In this document: positions 15,872-24,496 of the stretch, piece after piece
Layout: every line of letters begins with the position of its first letter
Position numbering within the stretch: position 1 is the first letter of the stretch
Virus record (IMG/VR): IMGVR_UViG_3300044300_000899
Span: 1 to 25,120 of that record
Reading direction: 5' to 3' (one strand)
Length of the DNA: 25,120 bases
Source of the DNA: a virus
Taxonomy: Duplodnaviria; Caudoviricetes
Made by a program: the position numbers and the translations under genes
Notes under the pieces: generated by a model
Seen by the model: only the letters and a program-made list of their open reading frames with translations
Databases searched by the model: none
Told to the model about the DNA's origin: nothing

Positions 15872-16206
15872 TATTTTTTACCCTCTTTATTCAAAAGGCT
15901 CATAACCGTTACTTCTAAAACTTGAAGATCTTCAAACACTTCAACAAGATTCGGTATTGCATATAGTTTAGCTGTTTCTATTACGTCTGAATAGCAAAGT
16001 CCACAAAGATTACCAAGGCCGCCGATTCTCCATTGCGTTTGAACTTTTAAAAATAAATCTATTGCCGCCCAATTCTCTTCAAACACTAAAAAATCTTCTT
16101 CCGGTTCAAGTTCAGGAATAACAATCCCCAAAACCTCCGCGTCTTTCTGCGTCTCATCAATTACGCCACCGCGACAGTAGTACTCAGCGGCGTCTATTAG
16201 TTTTTT
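15871..16206 (-). CDS. Tail assembly chaperone, C-terminal (gpT-like) part reached by -1 frameshift
   Basis: This frame is open from the slippery site (KLIDAAEYYCRGGVIDETQKDAEVL-GIVIPELE...) and contains V.EENW.A..LF....TQWR......GL.Y. The track's TTG start at 16131 is probably not the real start. Confidence 0.85.
   Translation of the reverse strand, partial: KKLIDAAEYYCRGGVIDETQKDAEVLGIVIPELEPEEDFLVFEENWAAIDLFLKVQTQWRIGGLGNLCGLCYSDVIETAKLYAIPNLVEVFEDLQVLEVTVMSLLNKEGKK
16163..16206 (-). promoter_or_regulatory. Programmed -1 ribosomal frameshift signal
   Basis: Heptamer A AAA AAC (16200-16206) directly before the TAA of the upstream gene, a 6-nt spacer, then the stem ACGCCGCTG/CGGTGGCGT with a 13-nt loop. 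Confidence 0.85.
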
Positions 16207-16541
16207 CTTTTTGCTCCGGCTATTGAATCAAAGAAAGATGTTGCGATAGCAGTTGCAACCATTGGGACATCTAATAATTGTTTTAATTTTGCTTGTGAGA
16301 ACTTAAGCTCGTTTCCTTGGTCGTCTTCGATGCCCTCCCAACCAACGAGAACCTCTTTAACGAGATCAACATCGGTCAAATCTCCTGTTTCGATTAGCTG
16401 CCCCATTTCACGAATACGCGATTGAGTTATGCGTTTAAATTCACCGTCGAACTTTTGTTTGTCGTGTCTTCCATCATCGACAGGGACCTCTACAGTAACC
16501 GGCCATTTATAAGTACCTGATTGGTCAAGCTTAAAGCCCAT
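16197..16541 (-). CDS. Tail assembly chaperone (gpG-like)
   Basis: 114 aa between tail tube and tape measure, with WPVTVEVP and L.GWEGI.D..G....FS motifs, ending KRKN at the slippery site. Confidence 0.88.
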   Translation of the reverse strand: MGFKLDQSGTYKWPVTVEVPVDDGRHDKQKFDGEFKRITQSRIREMGQLIETGDLTDVDLVKEVLVGWEGIEDDQGNELKFSQAKLKQLLDVPMVATAIATSFFDSIAGAKRKN

Positions 16542-16564
16542 TTGTTTTGCTACGTTTAAGTATT

Positions 16565-16593
16565 AATGTAAGCCTAGCTTATCTTTTTAGCAA
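16565..16593 (-). promoter_or_regulatory. Sigma70-like promoter TTGCTA-N17-TACATT
   Basis: In the intergenic gap upstream of the chaperone gene with a 17-nt spacer. The AT-rich background lowers specificity. Confidence 0.4.
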
Positions 16594-16597
16594 TTAA

Positions 16598-17530
16598 TTA
16601 AGTATATGCGATTGATAGTTCCGTATTGCCTGCGCTTGTAGGTGTTGCTACGAATGGAAGATTTAACATCTGAACACCGTCTGAATCCTCATAAGTTGGC
16701 TGTCCTAAGTCAGTTTGTGGACAACTAACAGTCACTTTATTTCCTGCGGTTGTTCCATGAAGCCAAGTATTGGTTCCGGTTGAACTTCCTGTTGCATCTG
16801 TAAAGAAGTTATGAGCCGATAAAGCAACCGCCTCGACTGTTGCGCTACCGCTAGGTTTTCTATCTGTAATCATGACTTCTTGAGTACCGCCGACCAATTG
16901 ACGAACAACTGTTTCATTATTCATATCAAAATTCCATGATTGCAACGCGCCACTATATCCAAAAAGTGAAAACGCGCTTGTGTTACCTGTCTTGAATAAC
17001 AAAGGCTTAGTTGCGTTATAAGTACAAGTAGGCGCTGATGTATCTGTTGGGGCGTTATAGATTCCGGTCATAGAAAAACTAATTACAGGTATTTGATTTA
17101 ATTCGCAACTAATCGAAAAGCTACCGCGACAGCCTGTGACCTTATGTCTTACACCGTCAATATTGCAGTAAATAGTACATGAGCCAAAGGATGCACTAAC
17201 AGGGGCATACGTATTACTTGTTGAACTAACTGTTGTGACTGCTAAACCACAGGCCTTTAATAATGGTGCATAAGCCGGCTCTGTACCGGCTGCGCCTGAT
17301 CCAACCATTTCGACGTCACAACTTACGTTTACTCTTGTATTACTTAAAAGTGTTTCGTAATTACCTAAATAGCCGCGTATTAAATCCCTGCTGACCTCAT
17401 CGGACTGAACAGGTTCAATATTCAAATCACGAACAAGAATGGCATTGCTTCCGCCGGTTGGTGTGGGGTCGGTTCCATAGCTACTCTCAGTTTTCACAAG
17501 TAGCGTTCTTTTTCTAGTTAGCTTTGGCAC
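16598..17530 (-). CDS. Major tail tube protein
   Basis: 310 aa, GTG start, LL.K.E..YG.DP.P N-terminus, LLKACG, GCRG.F and ITDR motifs, beta-rich, in the canonical position. Confidence 0.88.
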   Translation of the reverse strand: MPKLTRKRTLLVKTESSYGTDPTPTGGSNAILVRDLNIEPVQSDEVSRDLIRGYLGNYETLLSNTRVNVSCDVEMVGSGAAGTEPAYAPLLKACGLAVTTVSSTSNTYAPVSASFGSCTIYCNIDGVRHKVTGCRGSFSISCELNQIPVISFSMTGIYNAPTDTSAPTCTYNATKPLLFKTGNTSAFSLFGYSGALQSWNFDMNNETVVRQLVGGTQEVMITDRKPSGSATVEAVALSAHNFFTDATGSSTGTNTWLHGTTAGNKVTVSCPQTDLGQPTYEDSDGVQMLNLPFVATPTSAGNTELSIAYT

Positions 17531-17597
17531 GACACAACAAGATCAACAATATGTTTACATCATAAATCATTCTTGCTATTTAGCCGTAGTAAATAAA

Positions 17598-18026
17598 TTA
17601 TTGGGTTATGTCGTCAACTTCTGTCCTATATCGGACTGTGTAACCCATACCAGTTACCCCAATTGGTGAATCCCCGTCTATTGCTTCAAAGGTGACATTA
17701 GTGGGTTGAACATCTATCGCCTCGCCGCCTAGCGTTAAATCTGCTGTCATCTTTGCGTGCGCTGAAACGACTGTTGCATCTGCCTGTTCGTCTGGTACAT
17801 CTCCAGAACTTAAAACCGTAACCGTTACAGATAAAGACCAATCAAGAGTAGGAAGAGAAGTGTTTTGTTCCGCTGCATCATTATTCCATTCAATAATTAA
17901 CGCGGGGAGTTGTGAACGTTGCGCTAATGGAATTGTTCTACTTCTATAAATCCTCGTAGAGACTCCAACGGTTCCCGCTAAAGCTGTTTTAATTGCGTCA
18001 AGTATGTCTTCCCGTTTCGATGCCAT
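17598..18026 (-). CDS. Tail terminator (lambda gpU-like)
   Basis: 142 aa, acidic, with RE.IL.AI...L, RIYRSR..P and LPAL motifs, immediately upstream of the tail tube gene. Confidence 0.75.
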   Translation of the reverse strand: MASKREDILDAIKTALAGTVGVSTRIYRSRTIPLAQRSQLPALIIEWNNDAAEQNTSLPTLDWSLSVTVTVLSSGDVPDEQADATVVSAHAKMTADLTLGGEAIDVQPTNVTFEAIDGDSPIGVTGMGYTVRYRTEVDDITQ

Positions 18027-18029
18027 TGT

Positions 18030-18308
18030 TTAAGTCTTCTGTAAGGAAATTTCACGGGTTAAATTATCAATTCCAGCTTCATTCGTTCTAACGGTATAAG
18101 CAACAGAATCCACCGTTATAGAATCACCTGTCACCAATGTTCCAAAGTCTGAATTTTTGCAATGAAAAACGTAGTCAACAAATATAACCTGATCACCTGC
18201 AACGACCGAAGTCGGTTGATCTAATATCCCATTTGCAGTCGTTCCGCCACTTGTCGCACTAACGGCAAAATCACTAAAAAAAGCGTCTAGGTCGTCACTC
18301 AATGCCAT
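18030..18308 (-). CDS. Head-tail joining protein (lambda gpFII-like)
   Basis: 92-aa acidic beta protein (GILD.P; L..GD.IT.D...YTVR) in the expected position after the capsid gene. Confidence 0.75.
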   Translation of the reverse strand: MALSDDLDAFFSDFAVSATSGGTTANGILDQPTSVVAGDQVIFVDYVFHCKNSDFGTLVTGDSITVDSVAYTVRTNEAGIDNLTREISLQKT

Positions 18309-18519
18309 CGTTTGTTTCTGTTTCTTCTACAACAACTTTTGCTTTTTTAGCCTTCTTGGCTTTTGGTGGAGTTGGAGGACATGCAGGCGCTTCGCTAGCT
18401 TCTACAGCCTTACCCATATTGATTAGGGTTACTGCGTCCTTCTCGCTTAAGTCGTGAGTTTCACCCGCTTCTAGGTGAACGCCGCCGACGGCGGTTGATC
18501 GTGTAATGAATACATCCAT
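18295..18519 (-). CDS. Small capsid-adjacent protein (gpFI-position, Lys-rich tail)
   Basis: Start moved to the ATG at 18519 (MDVFITRS) because the track's extension runs through the terminator. It has an AGE..DLS..DA..LI..GKA motif and a PPKAKKAKKAK tail. Confidence 0.7.
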   Translation of the reverse strand: MDVFITRSTAVGGVHLEAGETHDLSEKDAVTLINMGKAVEASEAPACPPTPPKAKKAKKAKVVVEETETNDGIE

Positions 18520-18522
18520 AAG

Positions 18523-18550
18523 AAAAAAAAAGGGGGGCAATAAAGCCCCC
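18523..18550 (-). terminator. Rho-independent terminator after the capsid gene
   Basis: The minus strand reads GGGGGC-TTTATT-GCCCCC-C-T9, starting 8 nt after the capsid stop. Confidence 0.85.
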
Positions 18551-18558
18551 GCGATCTA

Positions 18559-20535
18559 TTAAGTAGTTACGTCTAAGCAGGCTGCGAATGCAGAAGCTTG
18601 TCTTACAGCAACGTCGATTGTTGTAATAGCTCTAACACTTGTTAATGCCTTACTAAAGTCATCGGAGTCTGTACCGATTTCGATTTCTAGGCCATTGCCC
18701 CAAACGCCTAGAGCAACTTGTGAGAAGTCACCAAAGATAACAGCAGAACAAACACCTGAGCTAGAACCTTTTGTTAGGTTGCTTGGTACGTTTGTTGATA
18801 CTCCTATTGGGTAGCCGTTGATTACTCCGGGTGTTCCTGAACGACCAATGCCGCTTGGGTCAACATTCCAAAGGAAAGCACCATCACCAGCAGCAGAACC
18901 ACCGGCTCTAAGTTTCTTCAATTCAGAAAGAACTTTAGGGTTGGTTGCGTATGCCATAGAAGCACCGCCAGCATTATCAACTAAAACTTCCTCTTCTAGG
19001 TTGATGAGTGTTTCAAGTGTGATAGCACCCCCATTCGTGGCAATTCCGACTGATCCGATGCCAGCGGTTCCTGTTATGCCGGTCGGTTGGCCGGATGAGC
19101 CAGAACCAGCAATTACAGCGGCATCAATTCCAACGTTAATAGTGTCGGTTAGGTCACGTCTCACAAGCTCTTCAATTCCGGGTGTTGCTTGTAAAAGTGT
19201 TTGACGAGAGAACTTACTTAAGGCTGCATAGTTCTTAGGAGCCATTGTTACCTGATCAAAAGTAGATTCAGATTGTGTAATAGCTGTTGTCTCAGAACTC
19301 AACCAATAACCTGTAGAAGTTCCTGAACGTCTAGGAATTGCAACATCACCAACAAGGCCGGGAAGTGTTCTGATTCCTAATGAACCTGTAATTGTGTTAG
19401 CTCTTAAAGCCTCAATGAAATCATCAGCTAAAAGGTCAGTCGCTACTAGATTTCCTCCAGTTGTTGCGCCGGAAGTAACGTATGTTGCCCTTTTTGTTAA
19501 AGCAGAATAAGGAATTAAGAAACTACGATCAGCAGATCTTTTAACACCTGAACGCTCAACCTCTTGTGAAAGCTCACGAACTAAACCAGCTTCACGAGAT
19601 GACCAATCACCTGTAAGAACAGCTTTAATACCTGCGGCGATGCTATAGCGCTCTTCTGTCTTAGCGTCCATCTCTACAGGAGAGACAGTTTCAACAGACT
19701 TATTAGCCAATTTGTCGCAAACGACCTTACGAACATAATTGCCGTCAACTTTAGGATCATCACAGAATTTTTCTGTTGCCTCCTCTCCTAGCTCATGCTT
19801 TCTACATAAAGCAGTAATTTCTCTAATACGGTTACGCTCTTCGTTGGCTGCCTTTTTGGAAGCCTCAGAACGCACCACTTCTAAATCGGGTGTGTTGGAC
19901 ATCTGAGTTTGTAAATCAGGTTTACTATTTTGTGGTGCGCCAGAAGACGCAACGGCGCTTTCACGCTGTTCCTGCATATTACTTGATTCTTGCTTCGCAG
20001 GCATATTAGTTTCTAGTTTTTCTTCTTTTGACCGTCCTATGCCTGAACCTAAATAGTCTGCTGGCACCGTTACAATGCTAATTTCCGCGGGCTGGAAGCC
20101 AACTACTCGGTAGTAGTTCTTGTTAGGTTCATCTTTTCTTTCTTCTTCCTGCGTCTTGGTCACGCTATATCCCACGCTTACGTTTTTTAATATCCCATCA
20201 TTAATTAGGTTTAATATTTCTTCTCCGCGTTCATGTTTACCTAATCGAACTGTGACATAACCTCTCTTATCTTTTATCCACGACTTTTCTACTACTCCTA
20301 AAATATCTTCAGAATTGTGATTGTATAACAAAGGAGCCGACGCCCTTAACCTACTTTGATCAACAGATTCTTCTGTAAAGTCCAACACTTCATATCCTAG
20401 ATAGCCCCTATTTACTGGCTCTTCTGATCCATAGGGAAAAGTAAGAGTCCTTTTATCTTTATCAATTTGAAAATCAACAGGTTCTGATCGATGTTGAATC
20501 TGCGCCTCTAAATCACGTTGTTTCTTCTTTGTCAT
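18559..20535 (-). CDS. Fused prohead protease (HK97/S78 type), scaffold and major capsid protein (HK97 fold)
   Basis: Protease motifs LLYNHN (His), VSVGY (Ser) and EISIVTVPAD, a low-complexity linker, a helical EERNRIREI scaffold segment, then capsid motifs GGNLVATDL...FIEALR, G..NGYP...TN.VP and IFGDFS. Likely start is the ATG at 20535 (MTKKKQRDL). Confidence 0.92.
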   Translation of the reverse strand: MTKKKQRDLEAQIQHRSEPVDFQIDKDKRTLTFPYGSEEPVNRGYLGYEVLDFTEESVDQSRLRASAPLLYNHNSEDILGVVEKSWIKDKRGYVTVRLGKHERGEEILNLINDGILKNVSVGYSVTKTQEEERKDEPNKNYYRVVGFQPAEISIVTVPADYLGSGIGRSKEEKLETNMPAKQESSNMQEQRESAVASSGAPQNSKPDLQTQMSNTPDLEVVRSEASKKAANEERNRIREITALCRKHELGEEATEKFCDDPKVDGNYVRKVVCDKLANKSVETVSPVEMDAKTEERYSIAAGIKAVLTGDWSSREAGLVRELSQEVERSGVKRSADRSFLIPYSALTKRATYVTSGATTGGNLVATDLLADDFIEALRANTITGSLGIRTLPGLVGDVAIPRRSGTSTGYWLSSETTAITQSESTFDQVTMAPKNYAALSKFSRQTLLQATPGIEELVRRDLTDTINVGIDAAVIAGSGSSGQPTGITGTAGIGSVGIATNGGAITLETLINLEEEVLVDNAGGASMAYATNPKVLSELKKLRAGGSAAGDGAFLWNVDPSGIGRSGTPGVINGYPIGVSTNVPSNLTKGSSSGVCSAVIFGDFSQVALGVWGNGLEIEIGTDSDDFSKALTSVRAITTIDVAVRQASAFAACLDVTT

Positions 20536-22042
20536 CGGATTGATTACTATTTTCAACCATCTTACTGTCTTTTTGATACGTAGACATATCAGTGTCAAAT
20601 ACTAGCCCTAATTGTTGAGCTGCTTCTACCTCGGCTTTTCTTGCTGGAAGTAGTTCCTCTAAATCTCCACCGTTTTCACTAACGATTTGCGATTGTGTTT
20701 TCAGTCCGGCTTTGATTGCTTCTTTTGCTGCAACGATTTCTTTTTGTGGGTCGATCCAATCCCAACCGCGAGGAATCCAACGCACCTTTCTATATCTCTC
20801 TGGTTCTGTGTCGTATGACGGTAAAACCAAAGCCCCGCTTAAGGTTGCCATTTCTAACCAAGCATCAAAAACCCGACTGTGGAAATTTTCAATCAGATAA
20901 GTTTGAAGTGAACGGTAATGATTGCGATCTTCTAAAAGAGATAAACGGGAAGAAGAATAATTAGTTTTGCTGAAATCTTTAGAAACTGATTCGTAGGAAA
21001 TTCCACACCCTGAAGCAACACTTCTAAGCATTGCACTCATAAATTCAGGGAACTCGCTATTAGGTGAATCAAAGTCTGGAACCGTCACGGATTCGCCAGC
21101 TTGAAGATAGGAAAACTTGCCGGGTTCAAATTGTGAAACTCTTTCATTGTCGTAAACTTCGCCGCCTTGATCTAGTTCACCTTCGGGGCTGGTAATAAAT
21201 CCCATTAACGAACTTGCCGCCCTTGCCCTAATAACTGACGCCTCTTGGAAACCTGCTAAATGATGCAAAGACAAGATAGAAGAACTTAACCACGGTTCCC
21301 CTCTTGACTGGCTGGGCCTATTGCTAACAAAGATGTGACATATTTCACTAGCTGGAACAATCATGTGTTCCCGTTGACCAACAGGAGTACCAAAAGGGGT
21401 ATCTCCGGGGTGTTTCTTTAAGAACGCATATTGAACGGCTCTACCAAATTCATTCTGTTCTATTCCCATTCGCCAAGTGTTCTTTTTCTTAGAACTACGC
21501 CCCGTATATTCACTATCTAATTGATCAGCTTCTAATAATTCCAAAGCAAAAGGAATCTGTGATCTTCCAAAAGGTTTCCTTACAAATCGAACAAATATTT
21601 CACCATCAGTAACCAACGAACGGACAATTACTTTTTCAATATCGGTAAAGCATAAACGCCCTGCTGTATGGCAAGAATCGTACCGTTTCCAATTGCTCCA
21701 AGCTTGCTCAATTTGATTATTAATTTTTGTGTCTAGGCGTTTACCCCGTTGTTGTCTCACTTGCGCCTGTAGTTTTATTCCGTGCGCTCCAATCGTGTTG
21801 CTTTCAATCGCTCTTACTGCCTGACGTGCAAACGGACTATTTCTTACTAAGTCCCTCGACTTATATCGAAGTGGAGCAATGGCACCTTTTAAAGCAGCGT
21901 CAGCCGAAGAATTACTGACAGACCAATTAGAAGTAAGACGGCTAGAAGTTGCAGCATCGTAACCTCGCCTTCTTCTAGGTAACACCGTTGGGTTGGGTGG
22001 TTCTGATGTGAACAATCCTTTCCAAGCATTAACAAGACCCAT
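20513..22042 (-). CDS. Portal protein, lambda family
   Basis: LR..SRDLVRN, DGE.F, L.LLEADQL, GIE..EFGR...Y, RP.Q.RG.PW, NYSSSRL.LLE and W.WIDPQKE motifs. Confidence 0.95.
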   Translation of the reverse strand: MGLVNAWKGLFTSEPPNPTVLPRRRRGYDAATSSRLTSNWSVSNSSADAALKGAIAPLRYKSRDLVRNSPFARQAVRAIESNTIGAHGIKLQAQVRQQRGKRLDTKINNQIEQAWSNWKRYDSCHTAGRLCFTDIEKVIVRSLVTDGEIFVRFVRKPFGRSQIPFALELLEADQLDSEYTGRSSKKKNTWRMGIEQNEFGRAVQYAFLKKHPGDTPFGTPVGQREHMIVPASEICHIFVSNRPSQSRGEPWLSSSILSLHHLAGFQEASVIRARAASSLMGFITSPEGELDQGGEVYDNERVSQFEPGKFSYLQAGESVTVPDFDSPNSEFPEFMSAMLRSVASGCGISYESVSKDFSKTNYSSSRLSLLEDRNHYRSLQTYLIENFHSRVFDAWLEMATLSGALVLPSYDTEPERYRKVRWIPRGWDWIDPQKEIVAAKEAIKAGLKTQSQIVSENGGDLEELLPARKAEVEAAQQLGLVFDTDMSTYQKDSKMVENSNQSDDKEETT

Positions 22043-22045
22043 GAT

Positions 22046-22609
22046 TTAAAACCTGACAAAAAGTGAATGAGGATTACCAAGACCATTAGCGATCATGTTG
22101 GCTTTTCTTTCTCTGACGACTTCGGCTTTTAGTTGACTTTCTCTTGCTCTTAATTCTGGTAGATCTATTCTTTTAAATGTGCGCCCGCCGATTGAATATT
22201 CTTTTGCTTTATCACTAATTATTGAACGTATAGCAGCTTTTACATTGTCGAGGTCGACTTGTGCCGTTGATCTTCCGTCAAAACTTCCGGGCGTTCCTGT
22301 GTAGGTTAACTGCGCTTTTACTTCTACTTGTCCCTCATAAAGAGTTACCTCATCACCTGATTTAACGGCGCGGATCTGATAAAACCACGTTCCGGCATCC
22401 ATTGTTGAACTAGAAGCCTGCGGGATAACAAATTCCCAACCATCGGTGTAATCCGTTCCAACAATTGCTTTTGCTTCCCCGGAAGCGTTAAACCTTAAAT
22501 ACGCCGTACACGTATAATCGGCATTCGTTACCGATTCATTAAGCCAATTAACACCAGCAGGAATACGCCAACGGACAGTATCACCCGCGCGAAAAATACT
22601 AGGAATCAT
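22046..22609 (-). CDS. Head completion/adaptor protein (gpW-like) with N-terminal extra domain
   Basis: Between TerL and portal. The C-terminal KEYSIGGRTF...DLPELR hairpin-helix motif is gpW-like, preceded by a beta-sandwich-like domain of about 110 aa. Confidence 0.75.
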   Translation of the reverse strand: MIPSIFRAGDTVRWRIPAGVNWLNESVTNADYTCTAYLRFNASGEAKAIVGTDYTDGWEFVIPQASSSTMDAGTWFYQIRAVKSGDEVTLYEGQVEVKAQLTYTGTPGSFDGRSTAQVDLDNVKAAIRSIISDKAKEYSIGGRTFKRIDLPELRARESQLKAEVVRERKANMIANGLGNPHSLFVRF

Positions 22610-22615
22610 TTGAAA

Positions 22616-24496
22616 TCACCATTGGTTGACATACCCCTGCTTATGCGTAGTGCTATTCCGTAAGTTTAGCTTGTTTTTGCCACTTGAATTAGTTGGATTT
22701 AAGAGCTTATTAGTAAAAATTTGGAAGAATTTAGACCTTGGATAGCGTTGATAAAGATGATTTAGCGCAGAATAGGCGTAAACGGCACAATCTAACGCCT
22801 CAACATTCTGATTTTTCTTCTGAACGTATTGAGTACCCCTACCGCTTTTCTTTAATACCTTTTTTTCTCCCGTAAATTGTTTAAAATATTCTTCCGTAGT
22901 TTGCGCGTGAAAATGTAATTTATTATTGAACTTAAGCCTACTATACAACACGTCTTTGATAGTGTCAGTTCCTACCGAATAAACAACAACACCGCCTTTT
23001 ATTGGTCTACCTTTATAGTTCAAATCAACCCTAGAACCGCGCCCGATTGCTGGCTGTCCTGATTGACTACTTCCCTTGATTCCTATAACGCCTGAACCTT
23101 TTCTAGCTCTACAATAGTTATAAACCGAGTTTGTCGCCAATCCGCCGGTATCTATCGCACAACATTCAACTTTTAACTTGCCGCCGTTTGGGTGTTCCCA
23201 TTCAGAAGTCAAAAGAATATCAACACCATCCCAAACCGTCCCTTGATTTGGATCGCCATAAATAACATCATGCTGGATTAAATACATGTGTTCCTCGGCG
23301 GCTATTCCCCACGTTGAAACCTCAATACGTTCATCTTTTGTTCCTCCGCCACCTTGCACGTCAACCCCTTGAACTAAACAAACAACATCTTTAGGGATTG
23401 TTCCGGGTAAATATTTTTCGCACTTCTCTAACATCTCTTCCGCTGATAATTGCGATTGATACGATTCATCAAAGGTTTCTGCCATTCGGGTGTTAACCCA
23501 CGTTTTAAACAAAGGAGCATCATCCTTAGACCTTAAAAATTCCTCGACAATTTCCGGCCAAGTCAACCAACCCGCCGGACTATATAAAGAACTCATTTGA
23601 AAACCTGCCGTTTTCCTTGTCATCGGTTTCTCTGCCCTCCATTCCCCTTGTCTAAGCATTGAGGTTTTATGTGATTCGTCGAATTTTTCCCCGCAATGTG
23701 AACACTCATATTTAGCCGTTGAAGCGTCGCGGTTTTCCCATTTCATTTGCGACCAAACAAGAGTTTGATATTCTCCACAACAAGGCGCTTTAACCCAATA
23801 TTTCCGCATATCTGAAGCTAAATATTCATTTTCAACCCGACTAAAATCTTTTGTTGTTGGTGTACTTGTCATCAATATTTTTTTACGGCTAAAAGTTGAA
23901 GTTCTTTTTATTGCTAATTCGCAGGGGTCGCCTTCACTAACTCCCCCAGAAGTGGATGCATCCGCAGGGTAGGAATCTATTTCATCAAGAAATAAATAAC
24001 GAACTGGAGCGCTACGCAAACCCGCAGGCGAGTTACTACCTGTCAACATCAATATCCCATTTGGATACTCTTTTATAAACATCGAATTACTTGCATCCCT
24101 TGATCTTTGCGGGGCAATCTTGGCTTTAATAACTGGCGTTTCTTCAAATGCAGGCTCTAATCTTTGACGGCTCATCCGTTTCACCATATCCAACGAGGCA
24201 GCAACACAAAGCACAGGAGCCGGGCAATGATCAATCGTATAAAGGAGGAAATTTATACCCGCTTCTGTCTTCCCTGTTTGCGCTCCGAACATCATTACAA
24301 CTCTTTCAACATCTGTATTTGTCACAGATAAACAATTCATGGGCTCTTTTAAATAAGGCGTTCGATCTGTTCGCCATGGCCCCGGTTCACTAGACCCTTT
24401 TGAACTTAAACGCCTATGTTTATCACTCCATTCGCTAACCGTCATCGGGGGCGGCGGAATAATGCCCTCTAAAAATCCTTTTTCAAATGGGTTCAT
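22616..24496 (-). CDS. terL: Terminase large subunit (lambda gpA family)
   Basis: EPGPWRTDRTPY, Walker A GAQTGKTE, Walker B YLFLDEID, STPT motif, Cys cluster (PCCG/CSHCG), and nuclease GVDVQ, IDTGG and EALDC motifs. Start at ATG 24496 overlaps the terS stop (ATGA). Confidence 0.96.
   Translation of the reverse strand: MNPFEKGFLEGIIPPPPMTVSEWSDKHRRLSSKGSSEPGPWRTDRTPYLKEPMNCLSVTNTDVERVVMMFGAQTGKTEAGINFLLYTIDHCPAPVLCVAASLDMVKRMSRQRLEPAFEETPVIKAKIAPQRSRDASNSMFIKEYPNGILMLTGSNSPAGLRSAPVRYLFLDEIDSYPADASTSGGVSEGDPCELAIKRTSTFSRKKILMTSTPTTKDFSRVENEYLASDMRKYWVKAPCCGEYQTLVWSQMKWENRDASTAKYECSHCGEKFDESHKTSMLRQGEWRAEKPMTRKTAGFQMSSLYSPAGWLTWPEIVEEFLRSKDDAPLFKTWVNTRMAETFDESYQSQLSAEEMLEKCEKYLPGTIPKDVVCLVQGVDVQGGGGTKDERIEVSTWGIAAEEHMYLIQHDVIYGDPNQGTVWDGVDILLTSEWEHPNGGKLKVECCAIDTGGLATNSVYNYCRARKGSGVIGIKGSSQSGQPAIGRGSRVDLNYKGRPIKGGVVVYSVGTDTIKDVLYSRLKFNNKLHFHAQTTEEYFKQFTGEKKVLKKSGRGTQYVQKKNQNVEALDCAVYAYSALNHLYQRYPRSKFFQIFTNKLLNPTNSSGKNKLNLRNSTTHKQGYVNQW

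Noticed and set aside
5771-24393. Short nested or antisense track ORFs (5771, 8426, 9473, 13001, 13354, 13858, 14553, 18818, 20712, 20716, 21727, 21889, 24148)
   Set aside because: They are shadow or alternate-frame ORFs overlapping conserved structural genes, with no independent support.
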